Positions 8,107 through 16,205 of a stretch of DNA of 64,000 bases are shown here, one piece after another. The stretch covers positions 8,760-72,759 of the forward strand of contig JANMVV010000158.1 in NCBI GenBank assembly GCA_031392925.1, given 5' to 3'. This DNA comes from Vicinamibacteria bacterium (GTDB lineage: Bacteria; Acidobacteriota; Vicinamibacteria; Fen-336; JAGNNV01). Below the pieces are notes generated by a model, which worked only from the letters and a program-made list of their open reading frames with translations, searched no databases and had not been told where the DNA came from. Position 1 is the first letter of the stretch. Every line of letters begins with the position of its first letter. The translations under genes were made by a program, and so were the position numbers.

Positions 8107-9126
8107 ATGTGCGGCGGAACCCCGGGGTATATCCTGCCTGACTCCAACCCCACCTTGAGTCGAACTCTCCTCTTCCTGGTCAAGGCCGCCATCTCGGCGG
8201 GCCTGCTCGTCTACCTGCTGGGCAGCGTGGACCTTGCGGATGTCTTCCGCCACTTTCAGCAGGGCGATCACCGGCTCTTCGGAATCGCGGTGTCCATCTA
8301 CGTGATCGTGGTCATCCTCTCCACTCTCAGGTGGAAGGTGCTGCTCGACGCGCTCGGGGGGAAGTCCAGCTTCGGCTCGCTCACCCAGTCGTACCTCATC
8401 TCCGCCTTCTTCGCGAACTTCCTCCCCAGCAACGTGGGCGGCGACGTGGTTCGGGTGACCGAGGCCGCCCGGGCCGCCGGTTCGCATACCGCCTCGCTCA
8501 CCGTCGCGGGCATGGACCGGTTGGTGGGCTTCATCGCCCTCTACTTCATCGCCGCGCCCGCCTTCCTGCTCGGCGGCCCGCGGGTCCAGGGGCTGGCGGG
8601 CGCGCGCGTCATTCTCGCGGGCCTCACCGTGCTCTTCCTGGCCATGGGCGCGGTCTTCATGACCCCCGGGTTCGTCACCTCCGTGGCCGGGCGGGTCGGG
8701 CTCGGGCGATTTCCATTGATCCACGACAAGTTCGTCACCGTGCAGGTCGCGCTCAACGCCTTCCGGGCCAACAAGGGCGCGGTGGCGTATTCGTTCCTCC
8801 TGTCCCTCGTTCTCCAGTTTCTCGGCGTCTCCTACTTCTTCATCGTGGCCCGCGCCCTGGGCATTCCGCTGGCGCTTCCGACCAGCCTCCTCATGGTTCC
8901 GCTCTGCACGCTCATTCAGGCCATTCCCATTTCCGTCAACGGCTGGGGCCTTCGTGAAGGAATGTACGTCCTCTACTTCCAACAGGTCGGGCTGCCCAAG
9001 GAGAGCGCGCTCGCCTTCTCCATCGTCGCCTCCGCCCTGGTGCTCCTCCTTTCCCTCTCCGGCCTCTTCGTCTGGCTGGGCCGGCGATCGCACGCCCACG
9101 AAAGCCAGAGCCCGCCGCCGTCATGA
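8107..9126 (+). CDS. Flippase-like / lysylphosphatidylglycerol-synthase-TM-domain membrane protein
   Basis: It is a polytopic membrane protein beginning LLFLVKAAISAGLLVYLLGSVDLADVF..., typical of the UPF0104/LPG_synthase_TM family. The ATG at 8107 is preferred over the track GTG at 8044, which sits 5 nt from the divergent gene start. Confidence 0.65.
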   Translation: MCGGTPGYILPDSNPTLSRTLLFLVKAAISAGLLVYLLGSVDLADVFRHFQQGDHRLFGIAVSIYVIVVILSTLRWKVLLDALGGKSSFGSLTQSYLISAFFANFLPSNVGGDVVRVTEAARAAGSHTASLTVAGMDRLVGFIALYFIAAPAFLLGGPRVQGLAGARVILAGLTVLFLAMGAVFMTPGFVTSVAGRVGLGRFPLIHDKFVTVQVALNAFRANKGAVAYSFLLSLVLQFLGVSYFFIVARALGIPLALPTSLLMVPLCTLIQAIPISVNGWGLREGMYVLYFQQVGLPKESALAFSIVASALVLLLSLSGLFVWLGRRSHAHESQSPPPS

Positions 9127-10178
9127 GCCCCGAGTCCGTGTGGAACGATCCCGAGCAGGAATACAGGGCCCGCAAGCGCGACGGGGTCAGGCAACGAGTG
9201 CGCTTCGGGGAGGGGGCCTTGCTGGTGTTCGGAGTCTTCCTGGCCGTGGCGACCCTCGAAGGCGGAGCGCGGTTGGCGCAGCGCTCGCAGCCATCCAAGG
9301 GGGGCTATTCGCCGGTTCGCGGACACCGGTCTCGCGAGCCCATGAACACGGCTGGTTACCGTGACGTCGAGCACACGAAGGAGAAACCGCCCGGAGTTCG
9401 CCGCGCCGTCTTCATAGGCGATTCGTTCACGTATGGGGTGGGCGTGCTGCTGGACGATACCTATCCCAAGCGAACGGAGCGGGGCCTCGCGGCCTCGCGA
9501 TCGGAAACGTGGGAGTCCGTCGTTCTGGCCGTGCCGGGCATCGACACCGAGCAGGAGCAGGTGATCCTCGAGAACGAGGGCTTCGGTTATTCGCCGGACC
9601 TGGTGGTGCTGGGCTATGTCCTCAACGACGCGGAGGATCCGGGCGCCGCGGAGGAGCGCCGCGCGCGGGAGTGGGCCGTCGCCTTGTCAGAGAAACAGAG
9701 TCATCCCTTCTGGCGGCGCTCCGCACTGCTCAGCCTGGTCGCCGATCGACTGCACGCGACGCGAGAGAACCGCAAGCGGATCGAAAATCACCTGAACCTG
9801 TATCGGGAGGGGCAGCCGGGCTTCGTCGCGGTGAAGAAGTCCATTGACGCGATGGCCGCCCGGTGCCGCGAGAAGGGCGTGCCGTTCATCGTGGTTCTCT
9901 TTCCCCTGTTCGCCAATCCGCTCGATGACGACTACCCCTTTGCTTCGGTAAATGAGAAGGTGGCCGCGGTGGCGCGATCGTCGGGGGCGACTTTCATCGA
10001 TCTGCTTCCCTACTACCACGGCATGGACTGGCATCTGCTCGTGGTGGAGGGCGCCAGCGACGAGCATCCCAGCGAACTGGCTCATCGGATCGCGGCCCAG
10101 GCCCTGCTTTCGGCCCTGGAGTCGTTGCGCCTTCCGCCTCTGCAGCCCTCGATCGAACCGGCCCATCGAATCCACTAG
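9123..10178 (+). CDS. Membrane-anchored SGNH hydrolase
   Basis: It has an N-terminal TM anchor and then SGNH blocks I (FIGDSFTYG), III (GYVLND) and V (DEHPS). Its ATG overlaps the upstream stop as ATGA. Confidence 0.7.
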   Translation: MSPESVWNDPEQEYRARKRDGVRQRVRFGEGALLVFGVFLAVATLEGGARLAQRSQPSKGGYSPVRGHRSREPMNTAGYRDVEHTKEKPPGVRRAVFIGDSFTYGVGVLLDDTYPKRTERGLAASRSETWESVVLAVPGIDTEQEQVILENEGFGYSPDLVVLGYVLNDAEDPGAAEERRAREWAVALSEKQSHPFWRRSALLSLVADRLHATRENRKRIENHLNLYREGQPGFVAVKKSIDAMAARCREKGVPFIVVLFPLFANPLDDDYPFASVNEKVAAVARSSGATFIDLLPYYHGMDWHLLVVEGASDEHPSELAHRIAAQALLSALESLRLPPLQPSIEPAHRIH

Positions 10179-10226
10179 ACGCGGGCGGATACGGTATCCT
10201 CTGCCCCCGTTGAGCATCCCTTCGCC

Positions 10227-12470
10227 ATGAGCCGGACGCCCTCGCCCCAAAGGGACATCCGGACCGCCACAGCCTTCTTCTTCCTCAGCGGGGCGGCAGC
10301 CTTGGTTTACCAGGTCGCCTGGCAGCGGCTCCTGGGCCTCACCACCGGCGTCGCCGTGCACTCCGTGGCCATCATCACCGCGGCCTTCATGGCTGGTCTC
10401 GGGATCGGCAGCCACTACGGGGGCCTCTATTCGGCGCGATTGACGCCGCGACGATCTCTCGTCGCTTTCGGAATCATCGAGATCGCGGTCGCGGCCTTCG
10501 CCGCGGTGAGCGTGCCCTTCTATCACGGGCTCCTCTATCGAACTCTCCCGGGGCTCTACGACAACATGCTCCTGGGGACCATCACCCACTTCGTTACCCT
10601 CCTGCCGCCCACCGCCCTCATGGGCATGTCCCTGCCCTTCCTGGTACGCGGTCTGGTGGTGGAGCGCGCGGGGGCTGCCCGCACCATCGGTTTCCTCTAT
10701 GGAGCGAACGCGCTCGGCGCGTCCGCGGGCGCGATCCTCACGCCGTGGGTCCTGCTCCGGTTCCTGGGCGTCACCGGCGCGATTCTGGTCGGCGCTCTCG
10801 GCAGCGCCGTTGCCGGGGCAGCCGCGCTGATGCTCGCCAAGCGTCGTGGAGAGGTCGAGGTCGAAGCAGCGCCGGTCGAGTCCGCGGAACACTTCGAAGA
10901 GAGCCATGAACCAGCCCAGTCCTTCGAGCGATGGGTGCTGCTCTACGCGGTTTCCGGTTTCGTCTCGCTCTCTCTCGAAGTGATCTGGTTCCGCGTGCTC
11001 GACGTCGGGGCCAAGGGCGGCGCCTTCGCCTTTGGAACCCTGCTCGCCATCTATCTCCTCGGCCTCGCCACCGGAACGTTCGTGGCCGCCCGCCGGGCCG
11101 CGTCCATCAAACGCCCGCTCGCGGTCTTCCTGATGTGCCAGATCGGGATCGTTCTCACCACCGTCCTCGCTCACGCGGCTCTGGTCTGGGCTCCGGGCAC
11201 GTGGCCCGTGATCTCTCGGCTCGTGACCTACGGGCAGCTCTCGGTCGGCGTGCATCTGCCCTCGACCGACCCGGCGATGTTCTTCATCGTGTTTCTCCTG
11301 ATGCCCCTCGTTCTCTTCGGGCCCTCCACCTTCCTGATGGGCTTCGGTTTCCCGGTCCTGCAGCGCGCCACCCAGTCGGATCCTTCATCGAGCGGACGCA
11401 CCGTGGGCCTGCTGCAGGCGGCGAACATCGCGGGCTGCACGCTCGGAAGCCTCTTCACCGGTCTGGTGCTGCTCGATCGCGTGGGCACGGCCGGCGTCTT
11501 CAAGACTCTGACCCTCATCTCCGTGGTCGTGGCTCTCTTCGGCTTCAGAGCGCTACGCGAGACGCGTTTCGCCGTCCTCGCCGGAGTCCTCGCCACAACC
11601 GCGGTCATGTTCCCGAGCAACGAACACCTCTGGTTTCGGCTCCATGGAGACCCGGACCCGAAAGGCTCAGTGGTCGAGGAGGACGCGGCCAGCGTCACCC
11701 TGCTGACTCCCGAGGCGGATCGATACAAGCTCTGGATCAACGGACGCCACAACAGTTGGCTTCCCTATGGCTGGCTGCATACCGCGATCGGCGCGCTGGC
11801 CGCGGTCTCACACCCGGCGCCCGTGGACATCGCGGTCATTGGCCTCGGTTCGGGCGACACCGCGTGGGCATCGGCATCCCGCGCGGAAACGAAGCGCGTG
11901 GTGGTCTTCGAACTCGCGTCCAGCCAGCCTGCGCTCCTGAGGCGCATCTCGGACCTGCCCACCATGGGCCGGGTGAAGGAGTTCCTCTCCGACCCTCGGG
12001 TCACCATCGTCAAGGACGACGGGCGCCGACGCCTGCACGCCGACGGCCGCCAGTACGACATCATCGTGGCCGACTCGGTCTGGACCGACGTGACCATGAG
12101 CAACAATCTCTACTCGGTCGAGTTCTACCGGCTGGTCAAGGACTCGCTCAAGCCGGGCGGCGTCATGTGCATCCTGGCCAAGACCGACCGGATTCTCGCC
12201 GCGGTAAGGCGCGTGTTTCCCTACGCGGTGGCCTTCCGCGAGGACTTCCTTCTCGTGAGTTCCGAACCGATCCATCTCGACAAGGATCTCTGGCTCGAGC
12301 GACTGCGCAGCCAGAGAATGGCGGACTATCTCGGAAAGGGCCGGGCCCGCGAAGTGGCGGAGTTCGTGCGAGCAGCCATCTACGCGCCTCCCATGGCCTC
12401 GATGGCCGACGTGAACTGGGATCTCCAGCCCAAGGACGAGTTCCTCCGCCCGTACGCTGAGCGCAAGTAG
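10227..12470 (+). CDS. Fused polytopic membrane domain / spermidine-synthase-family (polyamine aminopropyltransferase-like) protein, copy 1
   Basis: The N-terminal ~430 aa carries multiple TM helices. The C-terminal SpeE-like fold contains VIGLGSGDTAWA and DIIVADSVWTD...LYSVEFY. It is ~70% identical to the next gene. Confidence 0.8.
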   Translation: MSRTPSPQRDIRTATAFFFLSGAAALVYQVAWQRLLGLTTGVAVHSVAIITAAFMAGLGIGSHYGGLYSARLTPRRSLVAFGIIEIAVAAFAAVSVPFYHGLLYRTLPGLYDNMLLGTITHFVTLLPPTALMGMSLPFLVRGLVVERAGAARTIGFLYGANALGASAGAILTPWVLLRFLGVTGAILVGALGSAVAGAAALMLAKRRGEVEVEAAPVESAEHFEESHEPAQSFERWVLLYAVSGFVSLSLEVIWFRVLDVGAKGGAFAFGTLLAIYLLGLATGTFVAARRAASIKRPLAVFLMCQIGIVLTTVLAHAALVWAPGTWPVISRLVTYGQLSVGVHLPSTDPAMFFIVFLLMPLVLFGPSTFLMGFGFPVLQRATQSDPSSSGRTVGLLQAANIAGCTLGSLFTGLVLLDRVGTAGVFKTLTLISVVVALFGFRALRETRFAVLAGVLATTAVMFPSNEHLWFRLHGDPDPKGSVVEEDAASVTLLTPEADRYKLWINGRHNSWLPYGWLHTAIGALAAVSHPAPVDIAVIGLGSGDTAWASASRAETKRVVVFELASSQPALLRRISDLPTMGRVKEFLSDPRVTIVKDDGRRRLHADGRQYDIIVADSVWTDVTMSNNLYSVEFYRLVKDSLKPGGVMCILAKTDRILAAVRRVFPYAVAFREDFLLVSSEPIHLDKDLWLERLRSQRMADYLGKGRAREVAEFVRAAIYAPPMASMADVNWDLQPKDEFLRPYAERK

Positions 12471-12534
12471 CCCCCCAATGTTGTCGCGCCATCGCGGTGC
12501 TTGATATCCTCGCCCGCTTGAGTTCAAGATACCT

Positions 12535-14784
12535 ATGAGCCGGACTACGCCTGGTCGCGACATCCGGTTCGCCACCGCCTTCTTCTTCTTGAGCGGAGCC
12601 GCCGCCCTCGTCTATCAGGTGGCCTGGCAGCGCCTCCTCGGCCTCACCACCGGCATCGCGGTCCATTCGGTCGCGATCATCACCGCCGCTTTCATGGCCG
12701 GCCTCGGCATTGGAAGCCAGGTGGGCGGCACGATGTCCGCGAGACTCACACCGAAGAGGTCGCTCATCGCATTCGCGGTGATCGAGCTTCTGGTGGCCGG
12801 CTTCGCAACCGTGAGCGTGCCCTTCTATTACGGCTTCCTGTATCGCTACATGCCGCAGTTGTACGACGGCATGGTTCAAGGAGCGATCACCCACTTCCTC
12901 TCCCTGCTTCCGCCCACCGCTCTCATGGGAATGTCGCTTCCTTTCCTGGTGCGCGGCCTCGTGAAGGACCAGGCAGACGCTCCCCGGACCATCGGGTTGC
13001 TGTATGGAGCAAACGCGCTCGGCGCCTCGGTCGGAGCGTTCCTGACCCCGTGGGTGCTCGTCCGGTTCCTCGGCGTAACCGGCGCGATTCTCGTAGGAGC
13101 GATCGGGAGCGCGATCGCCGGGATCGGCGCGCTGATCCTGGCCCGACGCACCGCCGCCGGGATGGCGCCCGAGGCGCCAAGCCAGGAGCCGAAGGCCGCG
13201 CCGATTCCCGATTCCACTGACGAGGCCGCTCAGCCTTTGGAGCGCTGGGTCCTCCTCTACGCCCTGTCGGGGTTCGTCTCGCTTTCTCTCGAAGTGGTCT
13301 GGTTCCGGGTCCTCGACGTAACCGCCAAGGGCGGGGCCTTCGCCTTTGGGACCTTGCTTGCCGTCTATCTCCTCGGGCTTTCCGCGGGTACGTTCGTGGC
13401 CGCGCGGCGGGCCGCATCGATAAGACGGCCGCTCGAGGTGTTCCTCACCTGCCAGATCGGCGTCGTCCTGGTCACCGTCCTCGCCCACTCCCTGCTGGTA
13501 TGGCTGCCCGCCTCATTTCCGGGAATCTCGTGGATCGTCGCGTACGGCAAGACGCCCTACGGCGTCCACCTTCGAGCCGCAAGCGTTTGGGAATTCCTGA
13601 TCGTCTACCTGGGCCTGCCCATTGCTCTGTTCGGACCATCCACCTTCCTCATGGGATTCGGATTTCCCGTGCTGCAACGCGCCACTCAGAAGGATCCCGT
13701 GAGCAGCGGCCGGACCGTGGGCCTCCTGCAGGCCGCCAACATCGCGGGCTGCACCCTGGGCAGTCTCTTCACCGGCCTCGTGCTCCTCGACAAGGTGGGA
13801 ACGTCGGGCGTCTTTCAGTCGCTCTCGGTGGTGTCCCTGATCATCGCGCTGCTGGGCTTTCGCGCCACCCGCCGTGCACGCTTCGGCTGGCTCGCCGCGG
13901 CGCTCCTGCTCCTCGGCATCACGTTCCCCGCGAACGAGCATCTTTGGCTGCGTCTGCATGGAGATCCCGATCCCGTGATCTCCCTCGTCGAAGAGGACGC
14001 CGCCAGCGTCACCCTGCTGACCCCCGAGGGCGAACGCTACAAGCTCTGGATCAACGGCCGGCACAACAGCTGGCTGCCCTATGGCTGGCTTCACACCGCC
14101 ATCGGCGCGTTCCCGGCGATCGTGCACCCGAATCCCGAAGATGTGGCCGTGGTGGGAATGGGCTCGGGCGACACAGCCTGGGCGGCCTCGTCGAACGAGA
14201 AGACCCAGCGCGTCGTGGTCTTCGAGATTGCATCGAGCCAGCCCCGTCTCATGGCGCGCGTCGCTTCCCGTGATGGCATGAGCCGGGTTGCGCAGTTCCT
14301 CGCCGACAAGCGGGTGACCATCGTCAAGGACGACGGCCGGCGGCGGCTCCACGCCGATGGCCGCAAGTACGACATCATCGTGGCCGACGCCATCGACACA
14401 GACTCGACGATGAGCAACAACCTCTACTCCGTCGAGTTCTACCGTCTCGTGAAGGACACGTTGAAGCCGGGCGGACTCATGTGCGTCCTCGGAAAGACCT
14501 CCAGGATTCGGGCGGCCGCCCAACGTGCCTTCCCTTACGCGGTGGCCTTCCGAGAGGACCTTCTTCTCGTGAGCGCCGATCCGATCGTCATCGACAAGGA
14601 GGCGTGGCTCGAGAAACTTAGGAGCCCGCATCTGGTCGAGTACTTCGGCAAAGCGAGGACCCGCGAGATCTCGGAGTTCGTGCGGGGAGCCGTCTACGCG
14701 AGGCTTCCACCAAACGGCGCCGAAGTGAACTGGGACCTCCAGCCGAAGGATGAATTCCTTCGGCCGTTCACCGGCCCGCGGTAG
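12535..14784 (+). CDS. Fused membrane domain / spermidine-synthase-family protein, copy 2 (tandem paralog)
   Basis: It has the same architecture as copy 1 and is collinear with it throughout (VVGMGSGDTAWA, DIIVADAIDTD...LYSVEFY). Confidence 0.8.
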   Translation: MSRTTPGRDIRFATAFFFLSGAAALVYQVAWQRLLGLTTGIAVHSVAIITAAFMAGLGIGSQVGGTMSARLTPKRSLIAFAVIELLVAGFATVSVPFYYGFLYRYMPQLYDGMVQGAITHFLSLLPPTALMGMSLPFLVRGLVKDQADAPRTIGLLYGANALGASVGAFLTPWVLVRFLGVTGAILVGAIGSAIAGIGALILARRTAAGMAPEAPSQEPKAAPIPDSTDEAAQPLERWVLLYALSGFVSLSLEVVWFRVLDVTAKGGAFAFGTLLAVYLLGLSAGTFVAARRAASIRRPLEVFLTCQIGVVLVTVLAHSLLVWLPASFPGISWIVAYGKTPYGVHLRAASVWEFLIVYLGLPIALFGPSTFLMGFGFPVLQRATQKDPVSSGRTVGLLQAANIAGCTLGSLFTGLVLLDKVGTSGVFQSLSVVSLIIALLGFRATRRARFGWLAAALLLLGITFPANEHLWLRLHGDPDPVISLVEEDAASVTLLTPEGERYKLWINGRHNSWLPYGWLHTAIGAFPAIVHPNPEDVAVVGMGSGDTAWAASSNEKTQRVVVFEIASSQPRLMARVASRDGMSRVAQFLADKRVTIVKDDGRRRLHADGRKYDIIVADAIDTDSTMSNNLYSVEFYRLVKDTLKPGGLMCVLGKTSRIRAAAQRAFPYAVAFREDLLLVSADPIVIDKEAWLEKLRSPHLVEYFGKARTREISEFVRGAVYARLPPNGAEVNWDLQPKDEFLRPFTGPR

Positions 14785-14851
14785 GACCTCCAACGCGGCG
14801 TGCGGCCGCGCGACCGGTTGCCTGTTTGGATCTCACGTAACATTTCAAAGC

Positions 14852-15427
14852 ATGCCGGCCCGAAACCCCGTTCTGAAACAGCAGCAGGTGGGCCAGCATG
14901 TACGCCGGTTACGAGAACAGGCCCGGCTGTCGGTCCGAGCACTCGCGGCCCGCACGGATTTTTCCCCAAGCTTCATCTCCCAACTGGAGAACGGGCAGGT
15001 TTCCCCTTCGATCCACTCGATGGAGAAGATCGCGAATGTCCTTGGCGTCACTCTCGGGTCATTCTTCGCCGCGGTCGGCCCGGGAGAAGGTGGTCTCGTC
15101 CTGCGCCGCGCCGATCGCGAGCCGATTCCGAGTTCCTGGTCCAACGCCGAGCTCGAGTCGCTGGGCCGGCACAGCCCCCAGCGACGGCTCGATCCCCTCC
15201 TCATCACCCTCGCGCCCGGCGGTCGCAGCGGCAAGCATCCGGTGGCGCACCGCACGGAAGAGTTCGCGCTCATCCTCAAGGGCCGGGTTCATCTCCGGCT
15301 CGGACCCGACGAACATGTGCTTTCGACCGGGGACTCCGTGACCCTCATCGGCGGAGAGCTCCGGTTGTGGGTAAACGAGGGGCGGGCCCCGTGCCAGGTT
15401 CTGATCGTGGGGCTCGCTCTCGGTTGA
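14852..15427 (+). CDS. XRE-family HTH + cupin transcriptional regulator (PuuR-like architecture)
   Basis: It has an HTH_XRE motif (LSVRALAARTDFSPSFISQLENGQVSPSIHSMEKIANVLGV) followed by a cupin_2-like C-terminus. Its start is the ATG at 14852 (Met35 of the track ORF). Confidence 0.75.
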   Translation: MPARNPVLKQQQVGQHVRRLREQARLSVRALAARTDFSPSFISQLENGQVSPSIHSMEKIANVLGVTLGSFFAAVGPGEGGLVLRRADREPIPSSWSNAELESLGRHSPQRRLDPLLITLAPGGRSGKHPVAHRTEEFALILKGRVHLRLGPDEHVLSTGDSVTLIGGELRLWVNEGRAPCQVLIVGLALG

Positions 15428-15609
15428 GCGGAGAGTCCCTTTGGGCCTTGGGGCTTTCGCCCTGGCGCGGGTAGACTCCCTTTTTCGTGGCCGGACCGCG
15501 TAAGAGGCCAGGCACCGGGTTCGGTGTCCGGTCGATGCAAGCCTCCCGTGGCGTTGATGCCTGACGGGCGTCACCGGCGACGGCACTTCTTTTCTTGAGG
15601 GAAACTACT

Positions 15610-16143
15610 ATGAGCCGAACTCTTCGCATCAGCCTGGCGTGTCTGGGCCTTCCCCTCGCTATGGCCCTCGCGAGCTGCGGCAAAGGCGCGACTACCTCGA
15701 CCCCGACCGGGTCGACCGGCACGCCCACGCCGACGCCCACCGCGACTCCGACCCCGACCCCGACTCCGACCGCCGCCCTCAAGTGCGAGTTACCGGAGCG
15801 ACCTGACTGTGGCGCTTCGTGCTGCTTCGAAGGTGGCGGCAACCCCTACTTTGCTGTGATCGACAACGCTCAGGCCGACCTCGAGCGCACGCGTCCCGAC
15901 CTCTTCAACTCGAACGGTTCCCTCAAGGTCGACGAAGTCACGTACACCCGGATCCTGGCCGACAAGATCACGGCCATGACCGGAATCTGCGCGATCGGCG
16001 GCGGCCAGGGCTCGTCGCGATCCAAGGATGAGGTTGGCCTCAAGCGGGACAACGGCTCCTCCACCAACGTCGACACCATCATCGGCAGCTCGAACACGCC
16101 CTACATCGGCGGCGTCTACACCTGCCGTCCGGCGGCTTTCTAA
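15610..16143 (+). CDS. Lipoprotein with Pro/Thr-rich linker and Cys-rich C-terminal domain (paralog B)
   Basis: It has a canonical lipobox (LAMALASC). Its linker is GTPTPTPTATPTPTPTPTA, and its domain reads C.LP..PDCG..CC ... YTCRPAAF. It is homologous to the 4975..5544 protein. Confidence 0.7.
   Translation: MSRTLRISLACLGLPLAMALASCGKGATTSTPTGSTGTPTPTPTATPTPTPTPTAALKCELPERPDCGASCCFEGGGNPYFAVIDNAQADLERTRPDLFNSNGSLKVDEVTYTRILADKITAMTGICAIGGGQGSSRSKDEVGLKRDNGSSTNVDTIIGSSNTPYIGGVYTCRPAAF
15688..15774. repeat. Simple coding repeat encoding the (Thr-Pro)n linker
   Basis: An ACGCCCACGCCGACGCCCACC... short-period repeat. Confidence 0.6.
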
Positions 16144-16174
16144 GGTCTCCGCGAGGCAGCGCTCGTTGCGCCCC

Positions 16175-16205
16175 GGGCGGCGAGAAATCGCCGCCCTTCG
16201 TGTTT
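16175..16205 (+). terminator. Rho-independent terminator-like hairpin between convergent genes
   Basis: The sequence is GGGCGGCG-agaaat-CGCCGCCC followed by TTCGTGTTTC. Confidence 0.5.

Noticed and set aside
7032-8192. ORFs 7032..8192(-), 7076..8056(+) and 8089..9099(-) overlapping the AT3 and flippase-like genes
   Set aside because: These are alternative-frame or antisense ORFs with R/P/G-rich translations. The chosen frames give polytopic membrane proteins with family-typical patterns.
9687-14793. Long minus-strand ORFs (9687..11255, 12163..13488, 13513..14793) inside the SpeE-fusion genes
   Set aside because: They are antisense shadows of the two plus-strand paralogs, which carry conserved SpeE motifs and TM helices. 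The antisense translations are low-complexity.
15428-15609. 180-bp GC-rich leader upstream of lipoprotein B as a possible riboswitch
   Set aside because: It has only short local hairpins (CACCG-ggtt-CGGTG), no recognisable riboswitch consensus, and insufficient evidence.
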